NCBI GenBank assembly: GCA_001779315.1
Contig: MFJU01000004.1
Span: 6,753 to 70,752, forward strand
Source of the DNA: Candidatus Gottesmanbacteria bacterium RIFCSPLOWO2_01_FULL_42_22
Lineage (GTDB): Bacteria; Patescibacteriota; Microgenomatia; 2-02-FULL-39-11
Direction of reading: 5' to 3'
DNA: 64,000 nucleotides
Each line of letters begins with the position of its first letter. The first letter of the stretch is position 1. The position numbers and the translations under genes were made by a program. Positions 54,251 to 63,957 of the stretch are shown here, in pieces. Below the pieces are notes generated by a model. The model was given only the letters and a program-made list of their open reading frames with translations, did no database searches and was not told the DNA's origin.

Positions 54251-54946
54251 ATGGACACTTCATTTGAAAGGCCGCCCGCAGAAAAACAGAATTTTCCATC
54301 TGGAAAATTGGTTGATAGTTTTTTGAATTTCTATTCAAATATATTCAAACTTCCCGGAAGACCTTCAGCGGAAGAATTCGGGCTCTATGAGAGAAGCGAT
54401 CTGGAATCATTTATTGCCGGGCTGCCCAAACAGGAAGCTGATTACTGGCGGCATTTGGTTAAAATTATAGGACGCTCTCATGACGTCAATTATTGGGCGG
54501 TGCAGCCTGGTTCGAATATGGAGAACTTTAACCGGTCGATCGCTGCTTTTCAGGAAATTTCCAATTCAGGTTTTTTTTCTTACCCTGCTGTCAAAAAAGC
54601 TCAGGATATTTATGAAAAAACTTTACGGAAAATTCGTTCGGAAAAAGGAGGTTTTATCCCTCAATCTTATGTCGAGTATAAAAAAGACGGAAGTTTTTCA
54701 GATTGGGATATTGCCGTTAAAGGGGTATTTCTCAGAAGCGGCATAGATTGGCAGTCGAAGACAACCGGCTCGGAAGCCGATCTTTACCTGACGTTAGGTA
54801 AAGCAGCCGGCAATGCTTCGCTTAAATTTGCCGAGATAATGAATGAAAAACCCGGTTTGATAGGCCGGTTTATTTCCGCTATAAAAAACAGACTTACTTA
54901 CCCTCTTAAACCGCTAGAACAAGCTGTCAAGATTCCTGTTGGCTGA
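54251..54946 (+). CDS. Hypothetical protein (231 aa).
   Basis: ORF only. It is divergent from the arg operon. Confidence 0.45.
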   Translation: MDTSFERPPAEKQNFPSGKLVDSFLNFYSNIFKLPGRPSAEEFGLYERSDLESFIAGLPKQEADYWRHLVKIIGRSHDVNYWAVQPGSNMENFNRSIAAFQEISNSGFFSYPAVKKAQDIYEKTLRKIRSEKGGFIPQSYVEYKKDGSFSDWDIAVKGVFLRSGIDWQSKTTGSEADLYLTLGKAAGNASLKFAEIMNEKPGLIGRFISAIKNRLTYPLKPLEQAVKIPVG

Positions 54947-54964
54947 ATATTTATGGGACGAAAA

Positions 54965-55957
54965 TCAGTCGCCGAAGCCGTAATTGAGGTTTTCCGTCGG
55001 AGGAACTTCGCCATTGCCTTCAAATCCAATATCCGGATACGAGGGATCGCCTACCCTTTCATCAGTGACGCCCATGACTTCATTCTCATCCTCAGACAGC
55101 GATTGTTGTCCTTCATCGATTACCGGCGGCACATTGACTTCTTCATTATCATCATCTTCTTCTATAACTGTCGGGTTAATAATTTGCGGAATGAGATTTG
55201 GCTCGACTTGGATTACTTCAGCAGGTCGAGAATATGCTCTTGCCCAGACTGCTTCGCTGGTATAAAGCGCCCGGTCACCTTTTTGAGGCACAATGGCAAA
55301 ATAATAGCCGCGTCCCGGGACCAGACGGCTGACAGTGTAAGAATTGGTTTTACCGATATTTAAAGCTCCGTATTGATATTCGCCTCTTTTTTCTCCATAT
55401 ACCAGATGATAATTATCAGCATCATCAGTTGAAACATATGAAAGTGAAACCTGTCCAACACCCGGACCTGTCCAAGCTTTCAATACAATTGATGTATTGC
55501 TGGATACTCCGGCCTGCCCCGCAGAAATTGCAGATGTAGGCGGGGTTTTGGGCATCACCACTTGTCCCCAACCGGAAACAGCTGAAAATTCTTCGGAAAA
55601 CGGACTGGCGGAACAATCACGGGCAGCTGACAGACGGAAATAATATTTCTGTCCGGGATTAAGATAACCGACGCTATAAGATCTTGACGACTGGCCGCCG
55701 ATATTATCAGCTCCATAAAGATAATGTCCGCTTTCCGTTCCGTAGGCGACAGCATAACGGTTGGCGTAAGAAACTTCATCCCAGGAAATTGTCACCTGTC
55801 CGGCCCCCGGTCCTGTTTTTGCTGAAACACGGGAGGGTTGAGGAGGATATGGACCACCGCAATCGCCGGCCATTATTAACTCCGGTTTAAAAGCCGATAA
55901 ACTAACAAGAGTTAAAATCGCCAATCCGGCGGTTATAAACTTTTTCTGAAATGTCAT
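54965..55957 (-). CDS. Secreted protein with two fibronectin type III-like repeats and an acidic C-terminal tail.
   Basis: It has a signal peptide (FITAGLAILTLVSLSAF). The two FN3-like units are GQVTISWDEV...YAVAYG...YYFRLSAA and GQVSLSYVST...YHLVYG...YYFAIVP. Confidence 0.6.
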   Translation of the reverse strand: MTFQKKFITAGLAILTLVSLSAFKPELIMAGDCGGPYPPQPSRVSAKTGPGAGQVTISWDEVSYANRYAVAYGTESGHYLYGADNIGGQSSRSYSVGYLNPGQKYYFRLSAARDCSASPFSEEFSAVSGWGQVVMPKTPPTSAISAGQAGVSSNTSIVLKAWTGPGVGQVSLSYVSTDDADNYHLVYGEKRGEYQYGALNIGKTNSYTVSRLVPGRGYYFAIVPQKGDRALYTSEAVWARAYSRPAEVIQVEPNLIPQIINPTVIEEDDDNEEVNVPPVIDEGQQSLSEDENEVMGVTDERVGDPSYPDIGFEGNGEVPPTENLNYGFGD

Positions 55958-56096
55958 CTAAATCTAATGTAAGAAGTTATTATCGGGATTGTCAACCTAC
56001 TACTTATTCCCCAATCTATATATCAATATATAAATAAAGACATCAAAAGTTATCTGTCGGCCCCGGATTTGGTGTCTTGACAGTCCTTTCTCCCAT

Positions 56097-58493
56097 ATGC
56101 TTTGCTGGATATATGATATGTTTTCACATAAAAAAAAGCGCCATCTTAAAAAAGTAAAACAAAAAGCCAAAAAACAAATTTCTGCCCGTCAGAAAAACCC
56201 GGCAGCAATTGCTCTGAAAAAGAAAAAGGGCCACATCGTTTTTGATACACCGGTCATGGGCTTGGCTGCATATTTTAAAAAAACGGCTAAAAAATCAAGA
56301 CAGCCCGTCCCGGCAGGCAGAAAAAGTAAAAAAAGAAAAAAAAGAATTAAGAAGACCTCCAAAAAATTATTTATCCGTCCGATAATCCTGGTTCTGTTAG
56401 CCATAGCTTCGTCTTCCTCTGTGGCTTTTTATTTTCTGGTTTTAAAGGATTTACCGGACCCACACTCGCTCGTTCTGGACAAACCGCCTATGACGACCAT
56501 TATCCGCGACAGAAATGGCCGTGTTTTATACCGCGTCTACAACAATGCCAACCGCGTCCAGCTGTCCTGGGAGGAAATTCCGGATGTGGTTAAAAATTCA
56601 ACCATTGCTATTGAAGATTCAGGCTTTTATAAACACTTCGGCATTTCCATTAAAGCCATTGCCAGAGCCCTTATCAATAACCTCAAGGAAGAAGACATCA
56701 CTTTCTACCAGGGAGGCTCAACCATTACCCAGCAGCTTGTCAAAAACCGTTTTTTTTCTCCTGTCAAATCATATGAGCGGAAAGTCAAAGAGATTATTCT
56801 CTCTGTCTGGACAGAATATATTTTCACTAAAGAAGAAATCCTGACCATGTATTTGAACACAGTCGGCTATGGCGGACCGGCTTACGGCATTGAAGCCGCC
56901 TCCCAAATGTATTTTGGCGTTTCAGCTGACAATCTGACATTATCCCAGGCAGCCTTTCTGGCAGGCCTTCCGGCTGCTCCGACTACTTTCTCCCCTTTCG
57001 GTTCCCGTCCGGAAATATCCCGGCTGCGCCAGGCGGCTGTCCTGGAAAAAATGCTTAAATTGGAAATGATAAGTGAAGATAAGTATCTTCAGGCAGTCAA
57101 TGAAGACCTAAGCTTTATCCCGCAAAAAATTGATATTCAGGCTCCTCATTTTGTCATGTACATTAAAAAAGAATTGACCGATAAATTGGGTGAGAAAGTT
57201 GTCGAGGAAGGCGGTCTGGACGTGACGACGACCCTGGATCTTGATGTACAAACAGAAGCTGAAGAGATCGTCCGCCATAATCTGGCCGAACTTGGGGTAC
57301 GTTACAACATTAATAATGCCGCCACCCTGGTGACAGAGCCTGCCACAGGCGAAATTTTGGCTATGGTCGGTTCGGTCGAATATTTCGATACGGAAAATGA
57401 CGGCTATTACAATGCGGCCATCGCTCCCAGACAACCCGGTTCTTCCATCAAGCCGGTTAATTACAGCTTTGCTTTTGACCATGGTTATACTCCGACAAGT
57501 GTCATTTTGGATGCTCCGGTAGTTTACAAAACTCCCGGTTCCCGCGAATCTTATGCGCCTGTCAATTATGACGGCAAATTCCACGGCAATGTCACCTTAA
57601 GAACAGCCTTGGCCAGTTCCTACAATGTTCCGGCTGTGAAACTGTTGGAAAAGATCGGTGTCGACAATATGGTCAAAACCGGAATAGCCATGGGTATCAA
57701 AAGCTGGGAAAATATTCCTCCTATCGGCCTGTCTCTCACCCTGGGAGGTGCGGAGGTGACCATGCTCGATATGGCCAGGGCATACGGCACTATCGCCAAT
57801 TTAGGAGTGAAAAAGGAATTAAGATCTGTTTTAGCTATCACAGACAGCAATGATATTGATATTACCGAGGAGTTTTACCGGGACAGAAATCTGGCTTTTG
57901 TGGGCAGCGCCCAGGCTTCAGGCGGTATGGATGAGGTTCCCGAAGGTACCCAAGTCATTTCTCCCCTGTCTGCCTATTGGCTGATTGATATTTTGTCTGA
58001 CAATAAAGCCAGGATGCCTGCATTCGGCAGTTACGCCCGTTTATCTGTCCCCAATCACAAAATTGCCGTCAAGACAGGCACCAGCAACAGTTTCCGCGAC
58101 AACTGGACCATCGGTTTTTCACCCGAATATCTGGTCGCTGCCTGGGTCGGCAACAACGACGGTTCCTTCATGAACAAAAACCTGGTTTCAGGTATAACCG
58201 GAGCCGCTCCCATCTGGCACGACACCATGAGTTATCTTTTGGAAGGCCACGAGCCAAAAGAATTCCCCAAACCGGAGGGCCTGGTTCCCGTCAAAGTCTG
58301 TGCTGTCAATGGCCTTCTGACCTGCCCCAACTGTCCGGAGGAAAAAATTGAGTATTTTACCGTTGATAAAGTGCCGACCAAACAGTGCTTTTTCAGGCCT
58401 GCCTCCGAATGTGATGAGGCCAAAAAACAGGCTGAAGGCAAATCGGAAGAAGAGCGGAAAAGCCTCCTCTCTGCCTGCCCCTGGATAAATTGA
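56097..58493 (+). CDS. Class A penicillin-binding protein (PBP1A-type, GT51 transglycosylase plus transpeptidase) with an unusually long Lys-rich N-terminal cytoplasmic tail.
   Basis: The GT51 part is EDSGFYKHFGISIKAIARA and GGSTITQQLVKN. The transpeptidase part is SSIKP (SxxK), SYN (SxN) and KTGTS (KTG). About 100 aa of K/R-rich sequence precede the TM helix. Confidence 0.9.
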   Translation: MLCWIYDMFSHKKKRHLKKVKQKAKKQISARQKNPAAIALKKKKGHIVFDTPVMGLAAYFKKTAKKSRQPVPAGRKSKKRKKRIKKTSKKLFIRPIILVLLAIASSSSVAFYFLVLKDLPDPHSLVLDKPPMTTIIRDRNGRVLYRVYNNANRVQLSWEEIPDVVKNSTIAIEDSGFYKHFGISIKAIARALINNLKEEDITFYQGGSTITQQLVKNRFFSPVKSYERKVKEIILSVWTEYIFTKEEILTMYLNTVGYGGPAYGIEAASQMYFGVSADNLTLSQAAFLAGLPAAPTTFSPFGSRPEISRLRQAAVLEKMLKLEMISEDKYLQAVNEDLSFIPQKIDIQAPHFVMYIKKELTDKLGEKVVEEGGLDVTTTLDLDVQTEAEEIVRHNLAELGVRYNINNAATLVTEPATGEILAMVGSVEYFDTENDGYYNAAIAPRQPGSSIKPVNYSFAFDHGYTPTSVILDAPVVYKTPGSRESYAPVNYDGKFHGNVTLRTALASSYNVPAVKLLEKIGVDNMVKTGIAMGIKSWENIPPIGLSLTLGGAEVTMLDMARAYGTIANLGVKKELRSVLAITDSNDIDITEEFYRDRNLAFVGSAQASGGMDEVPEGTQVISPLSAYWLIDILSDNKARMPAFGSYARLSVPNHKIAVKTGTSNSFRDNWTIGFSPEYLVAAWVGNNDGSFMNKNLVSGITGAAPIWHDTMSYLLEGHEPKEFPKPEGLVPVKVCAVNGLLTCPNCPEEKIEYFTVDKVPTKQCFFRPASECDEAKKQAEGKSEEERKSLLSACPWIN

Positions 58494-58530
58494 TGCAAGC
58501 CTATACCTCTCCTTTAATAATTGACAGATT

Positions 58531-58559
58531 CTGTTTGATAGTTTATAATCTTAAAAGTT
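58531..58559 (+). promoter_or_regulatory. Consensus sigma70 promoter TTGACA-17-TATAAT upstream of the AbrB/PIN operon.
   Basis: TTGACA is at 58531..58536 and TATAAT at 58554..58559, with a 17-nt spacer. The ATG of the antitoxin gene is 22 nt downstream. Confidence 0.5.
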
Positions 58560-58581
58560 AGAAAGTTAAACTTTATCTATT

Positions 58582-58860
58582 ATGAATCAATCGTCTGATA
58601 CTCAACAGGAATGGCTAAGAGTCTTAGGCAAAGGCATGGTTACCCTGCCTAAAAAATGGCGTGATGATTTGGGAATTGACACAGGAGACGTCGTTAAAGC
58701 CAAGAAAGAAGGCAACAAAGTTATTATCGAAGCCGGACAAACCGGCCATGTCCCCTATCGCATTTATACCAAAGCTGAAATTGAAGAATTTATCAAAGAG
58801 GACAAGCTTGAAAGTGAATTGGTGGAAAAAGTCAAGCAAAAACTCTCTAAATCGGATTAA
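58582..58860 (+). CDS. AbrB/SpoVT-type antitoxin.
   Basis: GMVTLPKKWRDDLGIDTGDVV is a swapped-hairpin AbrB-like motif. The PIN gene starts 5 nt after its stop. Confidence 0.6.
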   Translation: MNQSSDTQQEWLRVLGKGMVTLPKKWRDDLGIDTGDVVKAKKEGNKVIIEAGQTGHVPYRIYTKAEIEEFIKEDKLESELVEKVKQKLSKSD

Positions 58861-58865
58861 CCTCC

Positions 58866-59291
58866 ATGAAGGTCTATTTTGATGCATCCGTCATAGTTGC
58901 CTCACTTCTCTCTGCGTCCGGCGGTTCTTCCCTTCTTTTTAAATTCATTAAGAAAGGAATGATTTCAGGTTTTACTTCACAAACTGTCCTTCAGGAAATC
59001 TTGGAAGAAAAAAAGTATTTCAAGTTTAGAAAATCTAAAAAAGAAATCGAGGATTTTATTGCTCAATCAGGCCTGGTGGTACGGGAAAAAATCTCCGAAG
59101 ATGAAATCAGGCAGTATGAGGGTAAAATCGACAAGGAAGATGCCCATCTGATAGCCGGAGCAGTCCAGACGAAATGTCAGTATTTAGTTTCCTTAGATAA
59201 AAAACACGTTCTAAAAGAAGAAGTTAGAAAAAAGTTTCCACACTTAAAAATTCTCTCCCCCAAAGAATTGCTGCAGGCAATTGTAAAATAA
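58866..59291 (+). CDS. PIN-domain toxin.
   Basis: VYFDASVIVASL (first Asp), DAHLIAGAV and a C-terminal LVSLDKK-type acidic residue. Confidence 0.6.
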   Translation: MKVYFDASVIVASLLSASGGSSLLFKFIKKGMISGFTSQTVLQEILEEKKYFKFRKSKKEIEDFIAQSGLVVREKISEDEIRQYEGKIDKEDAHLIAGAVQTKCQYLVSLDKKHVLKEEVRKKFPHLKILSPKELLQAIVK

Positions 59292-59444
59292 ATTCATCAT
59301 TAAGAACGTAACGCACAGCCTGCTCAGTTTCAGGTAAATCCCTGCCTTTGCCTGACAGTTTGTGAAAGGTCTCTCATCAACCTGAAAACCGCTTCTTTTG
59401 TAGTTCTTTGACGATTTCTTATATAATACCGGTATTTTATATAT

Positions 59445-60716
59445 ATGGGTGAACTATTCGAACATATTCCACCGGAGTATGCCCTGGCAATCCCGCCAGC
59501 CAGTGCTGCCTATCATCCCGACCTGACATCAGCCTTCCAAGCTCGCTTTGGTGATAGACTTCTTAGAACAGAGTTTGCTACCTTCAGTAATGATATGCCT
59601 TTACATTTGGTGGGAGAAGCGGGAAAAATACTGTTAGTTTCCACCTTCAACGGAGACAATTGGCGAGAGGCTAGTGTTGAAATAGCCTATTTCGGCAATG
59701 CTTTAACCGATAATCCCGACGAAGCCGGACCAAACACCCGGGAATTGGGCATTTTCTTTCCTTTTGCCGATTTAAGGCAAGATGCAAGAACCCGGAAACC
59801 GATAAAAGATTCCGTTGGGAGAGCAATTGTCAAAGCACAGGGAGTTACAGACAGAGCACTGGCAAAAATTATCAGACATGTTGCCGGAGCTCATTTTGTC
59901 TGCTTTGTGGATATGCATAATCCCTGGAAATCGGCTAAAGCTTTCACTGAACAGGATCTGGATGTGATAAATTTATCGACCAACAAAATATTGACAGAAT
60001 ATTTGGTCGCCAATGAACTTCTTTCATCCAATTTAGAGACAACTGTCGTCTCCACTGATATGGGCATCTATTTAACGGCCTATGACTTATCAGGCAAAAT
60101 TGGTAAGGCAATGAATGCTGACAAGGAACCTGTGCCCATGGTTATTTTCAAAAAAACCAGAGTTGGGACTGACGTAATTCCGGAGCATATTTATGGTGAT
60201 TTAAAAGGAAAGAGAGCCATTGTTATAGACGACATCATTGGCAGCGGCACAACATTAGAAGAAACTATCGAGGCAATCTTAAAATATGACCCGGCAGAAT
60301 TACTCATCTTCATTCCCCACCCGGTTTACGCCCCCAAGGGATATTATGAAAAATTAGAAAATATTCTTAAAATCGATAAAGTGAAATTGTTAATGGTCGC
60401 CGATACTTTACCACTGGTAAGACAAGGAATTAGTTATCCCCATCCCTATTTGAAATTTGATGGTGGGAAAAAAGTGGAAGTTCTTAAAATTCACGACTGG
60501 ATTGCTGAAAAAGCCCATACTATTCTGACAGCCAGAAATATTGAAGAAGCTATAAAAATTTTGGCAGAAGAAATAGTTGAACTTGAGGATCCATATCAAT
60601 TAATAACCGAAATGACCGCTATAACGGTTACACCAGAACCAAATGTCGCCGTTTATTACGAAGGTCAGAAATATGTTCCCATTCCTATGTATAGGGAAAT
60701 ATTTAGAAGCCCTTGA
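59445..60716 (+). CDS. prs: Ribose-phosphate pyrophosphokinase (PRPP synthetase) family protein with a divergent N-terminus and ~90-aa C-terminal extension.
   Basis: FPFADLRQDAR compares with PYFGYARQDRK. VDMH compares with MDLH. TTVVSTDMG compares with VVSPDhGG. KRAIVIDDIIGSGTTLEE is the PRPP-binding loop. Confidence 0.65.
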   Translation: MGELFEHIPPEYALAIPPASAAYHPDLTSAFQARFGDRLLRTEFATFSNDMPLHLVGEAGKILLVSTFNGDNWREASVEIAYFGNALTDNPDEAGPNTRELGIFFPFADLRQDARTRKPIKDSVGRAIVKAQGVTDRALAKIIRHVAGAHFVCFVDMHNPWKSAKAFTEQDLDVINLSTNKILTEYLVANELLSSNLETTVVSTDMGIYLTAYDLSGKIGKAMNADKEPVPMVIFKKTRVGTDVIPEHIYGDLKGKRAIVIDDIIGSGTTLEETIEAILKYDPAELLIFIPHPVYAPKGYYEKLENILKIDKVKLLMVADTLPLVRQGISYPHPYLKFDGGKKVEVLKIHDWIAEKAHTILTARNIEEAIKILAEEIVELEDPYQLITEMTAITVTPEPNVAVYYEGQKYVPIPMYREIFRSP

Positions 60717-60772
60717 TCTTAATAAAAATCCTATCGTCTGAACATATCTTACTTCTTCGGCTCTCCCGTCTT

Positions 60773-62002
60773 TCAGAGATAAAACCAGGGAATAGCTGTG
60801 ATGTTGTCGCTTACTCTTTCCGGTTTTTCTCCCATAGTGATGACATATCCGTGCGATGCTAATTTACGGTAATCATTGAGGAATATTTTCAGGCCTTTAA
60901 TTTCCGATGCGCTTATATACTTTGAGCTTTTTATTTCTATAGGGATCACAGATGATCCCCTGTCGATGATGCAGTCGACTTCAGCTCCGCCGGCAGTGCG
61001 CCAGAAACAGACTTTATAGTTTTTATTCAATACTTTTATTCTCCTGATAATTTCCAGTATGACCGCATGTTCAAACAGGACTCCCTTCTGGGCATGGATG
61101 GTGTTTTTCTCCAAGGGTATTTTGGCCAGGGAATTACGGACTCCCAGATCAAAAAAATAATAGCGTGACATCGAGAGTATTCTTTTTCTCGCATTTTTAA
61201 GATAGGGATCAACTCTTTCTGCAATCAGCGTATCTTCCAGGATACGGTAAAATTCTTTAACAGCCGGCTGGCTTACGCCTGATTCATTTGAAAGTTTGCT
61301 GAAATTCGGACTTGTTCCTGATTCTCTTGCTGCCAATTCCAGAAATCTGGAGAAAGCTCCGATTTTCCTGGAAATGGCTTCCGCTCTTATTTCTTCTTCG
61401 ATGTAAATTTCCGCGTAAGACTTTATGATATCGCGCTTATCCTCATCAGACAGGCTGATTATTAGCGGTAATGAACCGAAAATTAATGAGTCTTCAAAAG
61501 TGTAACCGGTTTTCCGGTTAATATTTTTCAGAGTTAAATCTCCCAGGGAGCTTTTTTTTATCCATCCCAGTTCACCCCATAATAAAGGATCTAAATGGAA
61601 TCTTTTGATCCTGCCCGGCAACAGATTAACCTTGCTCCTTTTAAGCTTTCTGGCACTGGATCCGGTAAATATAAACTGGGCGCTACCTTCGTCTATCAGA
61701 AACTGGGCAGAGTCAAAAATCTCCGGGACTTTTTGAGCTTCATCTACAAAAACGAGCGGTTTTATCCTGCTTGCCTTTACCTGCCTGATTATTGCGGAGG
61801 GGTCAACTTCCGTCTCCAGTCTGACTTTCGGATTCTGCAGGAAAATTTCAATCTTATTATCAAACTTTTCCAGCAAATCCCGAACTAAAGTCGTCTTTCC
61901 TACCTGACGGGGTCCCAGGATAAGTCCGGAAAATTTTTTCGTCAGAAGCTGTCTGATTTTTGGTTCTAAGTATCTTAATAAGTGTTTATTTTTACCTGGC
62001 AT
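60773..62002 (-). CDS. AAA-family ATPase (AAA_14 plus DUF4143 type).
   Basis: Walker A GPRQVGKTT, Walker B LVFVDEAQ and a C-terminal DUF4143-like region. Confidence 0.8.
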   Translation of the reverse strand: MPGKNKHLLRYLEPKIRQLLTKKFSGLILGPRQVGKTTLVRDLLEKFDNKIEIFLQNPKVRLETEVDPSAIIRQVKASRIKPLVFVDEAQKVPEIFDSAQFLIDEGSAQFIFTGSSARKLKRSKVNLLPGRIKRFHLDPLLWGELGWIKKSSLGDLTLKNINRKTGYTFEDSLIFGSLPLIISLSDEDKRDIIKSYAEIYIEEEIRAEAISRKIGAFSRFLELAARESGTSPNFSKLSNESGVSQPAVKEFYRILEDTLIAERVDPYLKNARKRILSMSRYYFFDLGVRNSLAKIPLEKNTIHAQKGVLFEHAVILEIIRRIKVLNKNYKVCFWRTAGGAEVDCIIDRGSSVIPIEIKSSKYISASEIKGLKIFLNDYRKLASHGYVITMGEKPERVSDNITAIPWFYL

Positions 62003-62163
62003 AAATAAACTATACTTTATATTTAAGTAATTGTCAATTACGGAAGACAGCTGTTTGAAACCTTGACAATTATCCTATAGTCTGGTAGCATTCCACTTCT
62101 TCAGTTATCTCCCCAGCTTTTTTCCTAGAAATTTCTGAATGATTCTCATATTTAGAAATTTTT

Positions 62164-62751
62164 ATGAAAAAGCATTTAGTCTTACTTTCCATACCGGCCA
62201 GGCTGATTCTCCAGGCTTTCTTGATAGGCCATCTTTTCGCCGGTCAGATTGAGGCCGGTTCTGAAGCCGGTCTTAAAATCGTGCCTACTCCTTCGCCCCA
62301 GTTTGTATCCGCTGAAGCTCAAGCTGAACTTGAGAAATTTTCTTCCGACGGCCGTTCCTGGACCAAATTCAAATATAAGAAACAAATAGCTAAAACAGCC
62401 TCAAAATATAACTTAGACCCTCAACTCATCTACGCCACCATCATGACCGAATCTGAAGGTAACGAGTTTGCCTATCGTTTTGAACTATCCCTCAATGAGG
62501 CTAGCTACTGCATGGGACAGATATTGGAAAGCACAGCCAGGTCCTTGGGTTTCAACGGAAAATCCGTTCAATTATTTGAGCCTGGGACCTGTATTGACCT
62601 TATCGGAAAGTATCATCAGAGGATGATAGAGGCTTACGGCCGGCTTTCCAGCTACCAGCTCGCCCGTGCCTACAATTCCGGATCACCCTGGAAAAGACCT
62701 GTCTGGGGCCACCTCTCCCGCTTCAAAAGATGGTATTACGAAGAAGGTTAA
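62164..62751 (+). CDS. Lytic transglycosylase (SLT domain) with a signal peptide.
   Basis: IMTESEGNEFA carries the catalytic Glu in an ES motif. CMGQIL compares with GLMQ, and AYNSG is present. Confidence 0.7.
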   Translation: MKKHLVLLSIPARLILQAFLIGHLFAGQIEAGSEAGLKIVPTPSPQFVSAEAQAELEKFSSDGRSWTKFKYKKQIAKTASKYNLDPQLIYATIMTESEGNEFAYRFELSLNEASYCMGQILESTARSLGFNGKSVQLFEPGTCIDLIGKYHQRMIEAYGRLSSYQLARAYNSGSPWKRPVWGHLSRFKRWYYEEG

Positions 62752-63054
62752 TCCTGTATATTCTGTGGATTAGTCAAAATTTCATCTGCTTGCATATTTA
62801 AATTCCTTTGAGAGTCAATTGGTTTAGTAGGCTCTCCTTGTCCAGCTAATTCTTCAAATGTATGAACAACAGGATTGTTTCCACCATTTCTAGAATTTAA
62901 AGGATTTATTCGTGATATATCAAGTAAGTTTTCTAGCTGTTCTGCTCCACCCCTATAACTCCTATTTGGATCAAGACGTAACGGATTTAATTTACCTAAA
63001 CACCTTAATCCTCTTTCAAAAAAATTCATACTTATATAATTTACTATCAGATAT

Positions 63055-63957
63055 CTATTTATTAATACTCCAGGCCATGCCGTCTGAAATGACTTCGATT
63101 TCACCATGTTGGTCGGTTCTGGCGATTTGCGACTTGACCGACTCAATTTGCGCCAGGGCTTCCTTGGTCGGGTGGCTCCAGGGATTCTTGCCGACCGAGA
63201 TGACCGTCAGTTCAGGCTTCAATTTTTCCAAAAATTCCCAAGTTATGCCTGTTTTAGATCCGTGGTGCGGGAATTTAAGTATTTCTATGTCAGGCAAATG
63301 GGCTGTTGCGACAATCTCCGGTTGTATTTTACTATCCCCGTCCCCTGTCAGTAAAGTATCAAACCGGCCGTAATTCAAATATAAAACCATCGAAAAACTG
63401 TTTAAATCAGTGCCTTCCGTTGATAGACCCAAAACATTACTGTTGTTGCCTGCTAATAAAATATTATTACCTAATTTTTCGCTTGTCCACTCCCTATCCG
63501 GCCACAAGACGTTAAATTTCACCTCACCCATCGAAAAATTATCACCCTGGTAGAGATTTTTTAGCGGAATGCCTTTATCCTCGATTTTCTTTTTTAGCTC
63601 CGAAAATCCCTGGCTGGTATTGCCGACGGGGACAGATACAAAATATTTAATACTATATCGGTCTATAACAGACAATAAACCCTGGAGGTGGTCTTTCTGC
63701 GGGTGGGTCAGGACAACCATATCAATTGTCCGGTCATAAAAAGGCATATTGTCACCCAGACATTCCAGCACCCGCTCGTTTGGACCCCCGTCGATTAAAA
63801 GATCCAGGTTTTGGGGTGTTTTAATAAAGATGGCATCTCCCTGCCCCACATCGCAAAAAATTAAATGCAGCTTGCCGTCAGGTTGGGAAAAAATATAAAC
63901 TGCAAGCAGAATTAAGCCGAAGAATGCACCTGTCAGGAATCCTTTTTTGGCAGCCAC
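63055..63957 (-). CDS. ComEC/Rec2-type MBL-fold domain protein, membrane-anchored, without the competence channel domain.
   Basis: It has an N-terminal TM helix. IFCDVGQGDAIFI is the ComEC MBL signature. LTHPQKDH is the HxHxDH-like metal site, and a downstream HHGS is present. Confidence 0.7.
   Translation of the reverse strand: MAAKKGFLTGAFFGLILLAVYIFSQPDGKLHLIFCDVGQGDAIFIKTPQNLDLLIDGGPNERVLECLGDNMPFYDRTIDMVVLTHPQKDHLQGLLSVIDRYSIKYFVSVPVGNTSQGFSELKKKIEDKGIPLKNLYQGDNFSMGEVKFNVLWPDREWTSEKLGNNILLAGNNSNVLGLSTEGTDLNSFSMVLYLNYGRFDTLLTGDGDSKIQPEIVATAHLPDIEILKFPHHGSKTGITWEFLEKLKPELTVISVGKNPWSHPTKEALAQIESVKSQIARTDQHGEIEVISDGMAWSINK

Noticed and set aside
62748-63146. 132-aa minus-strand ORF between the SLT gene and the ComEC-MBL gene.
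   Set aside because: It overlaps the 3' end of the MBL gene by ~90 nt and has no recognisable features. It is probably spurious, though a short real gene cannot be excluded.
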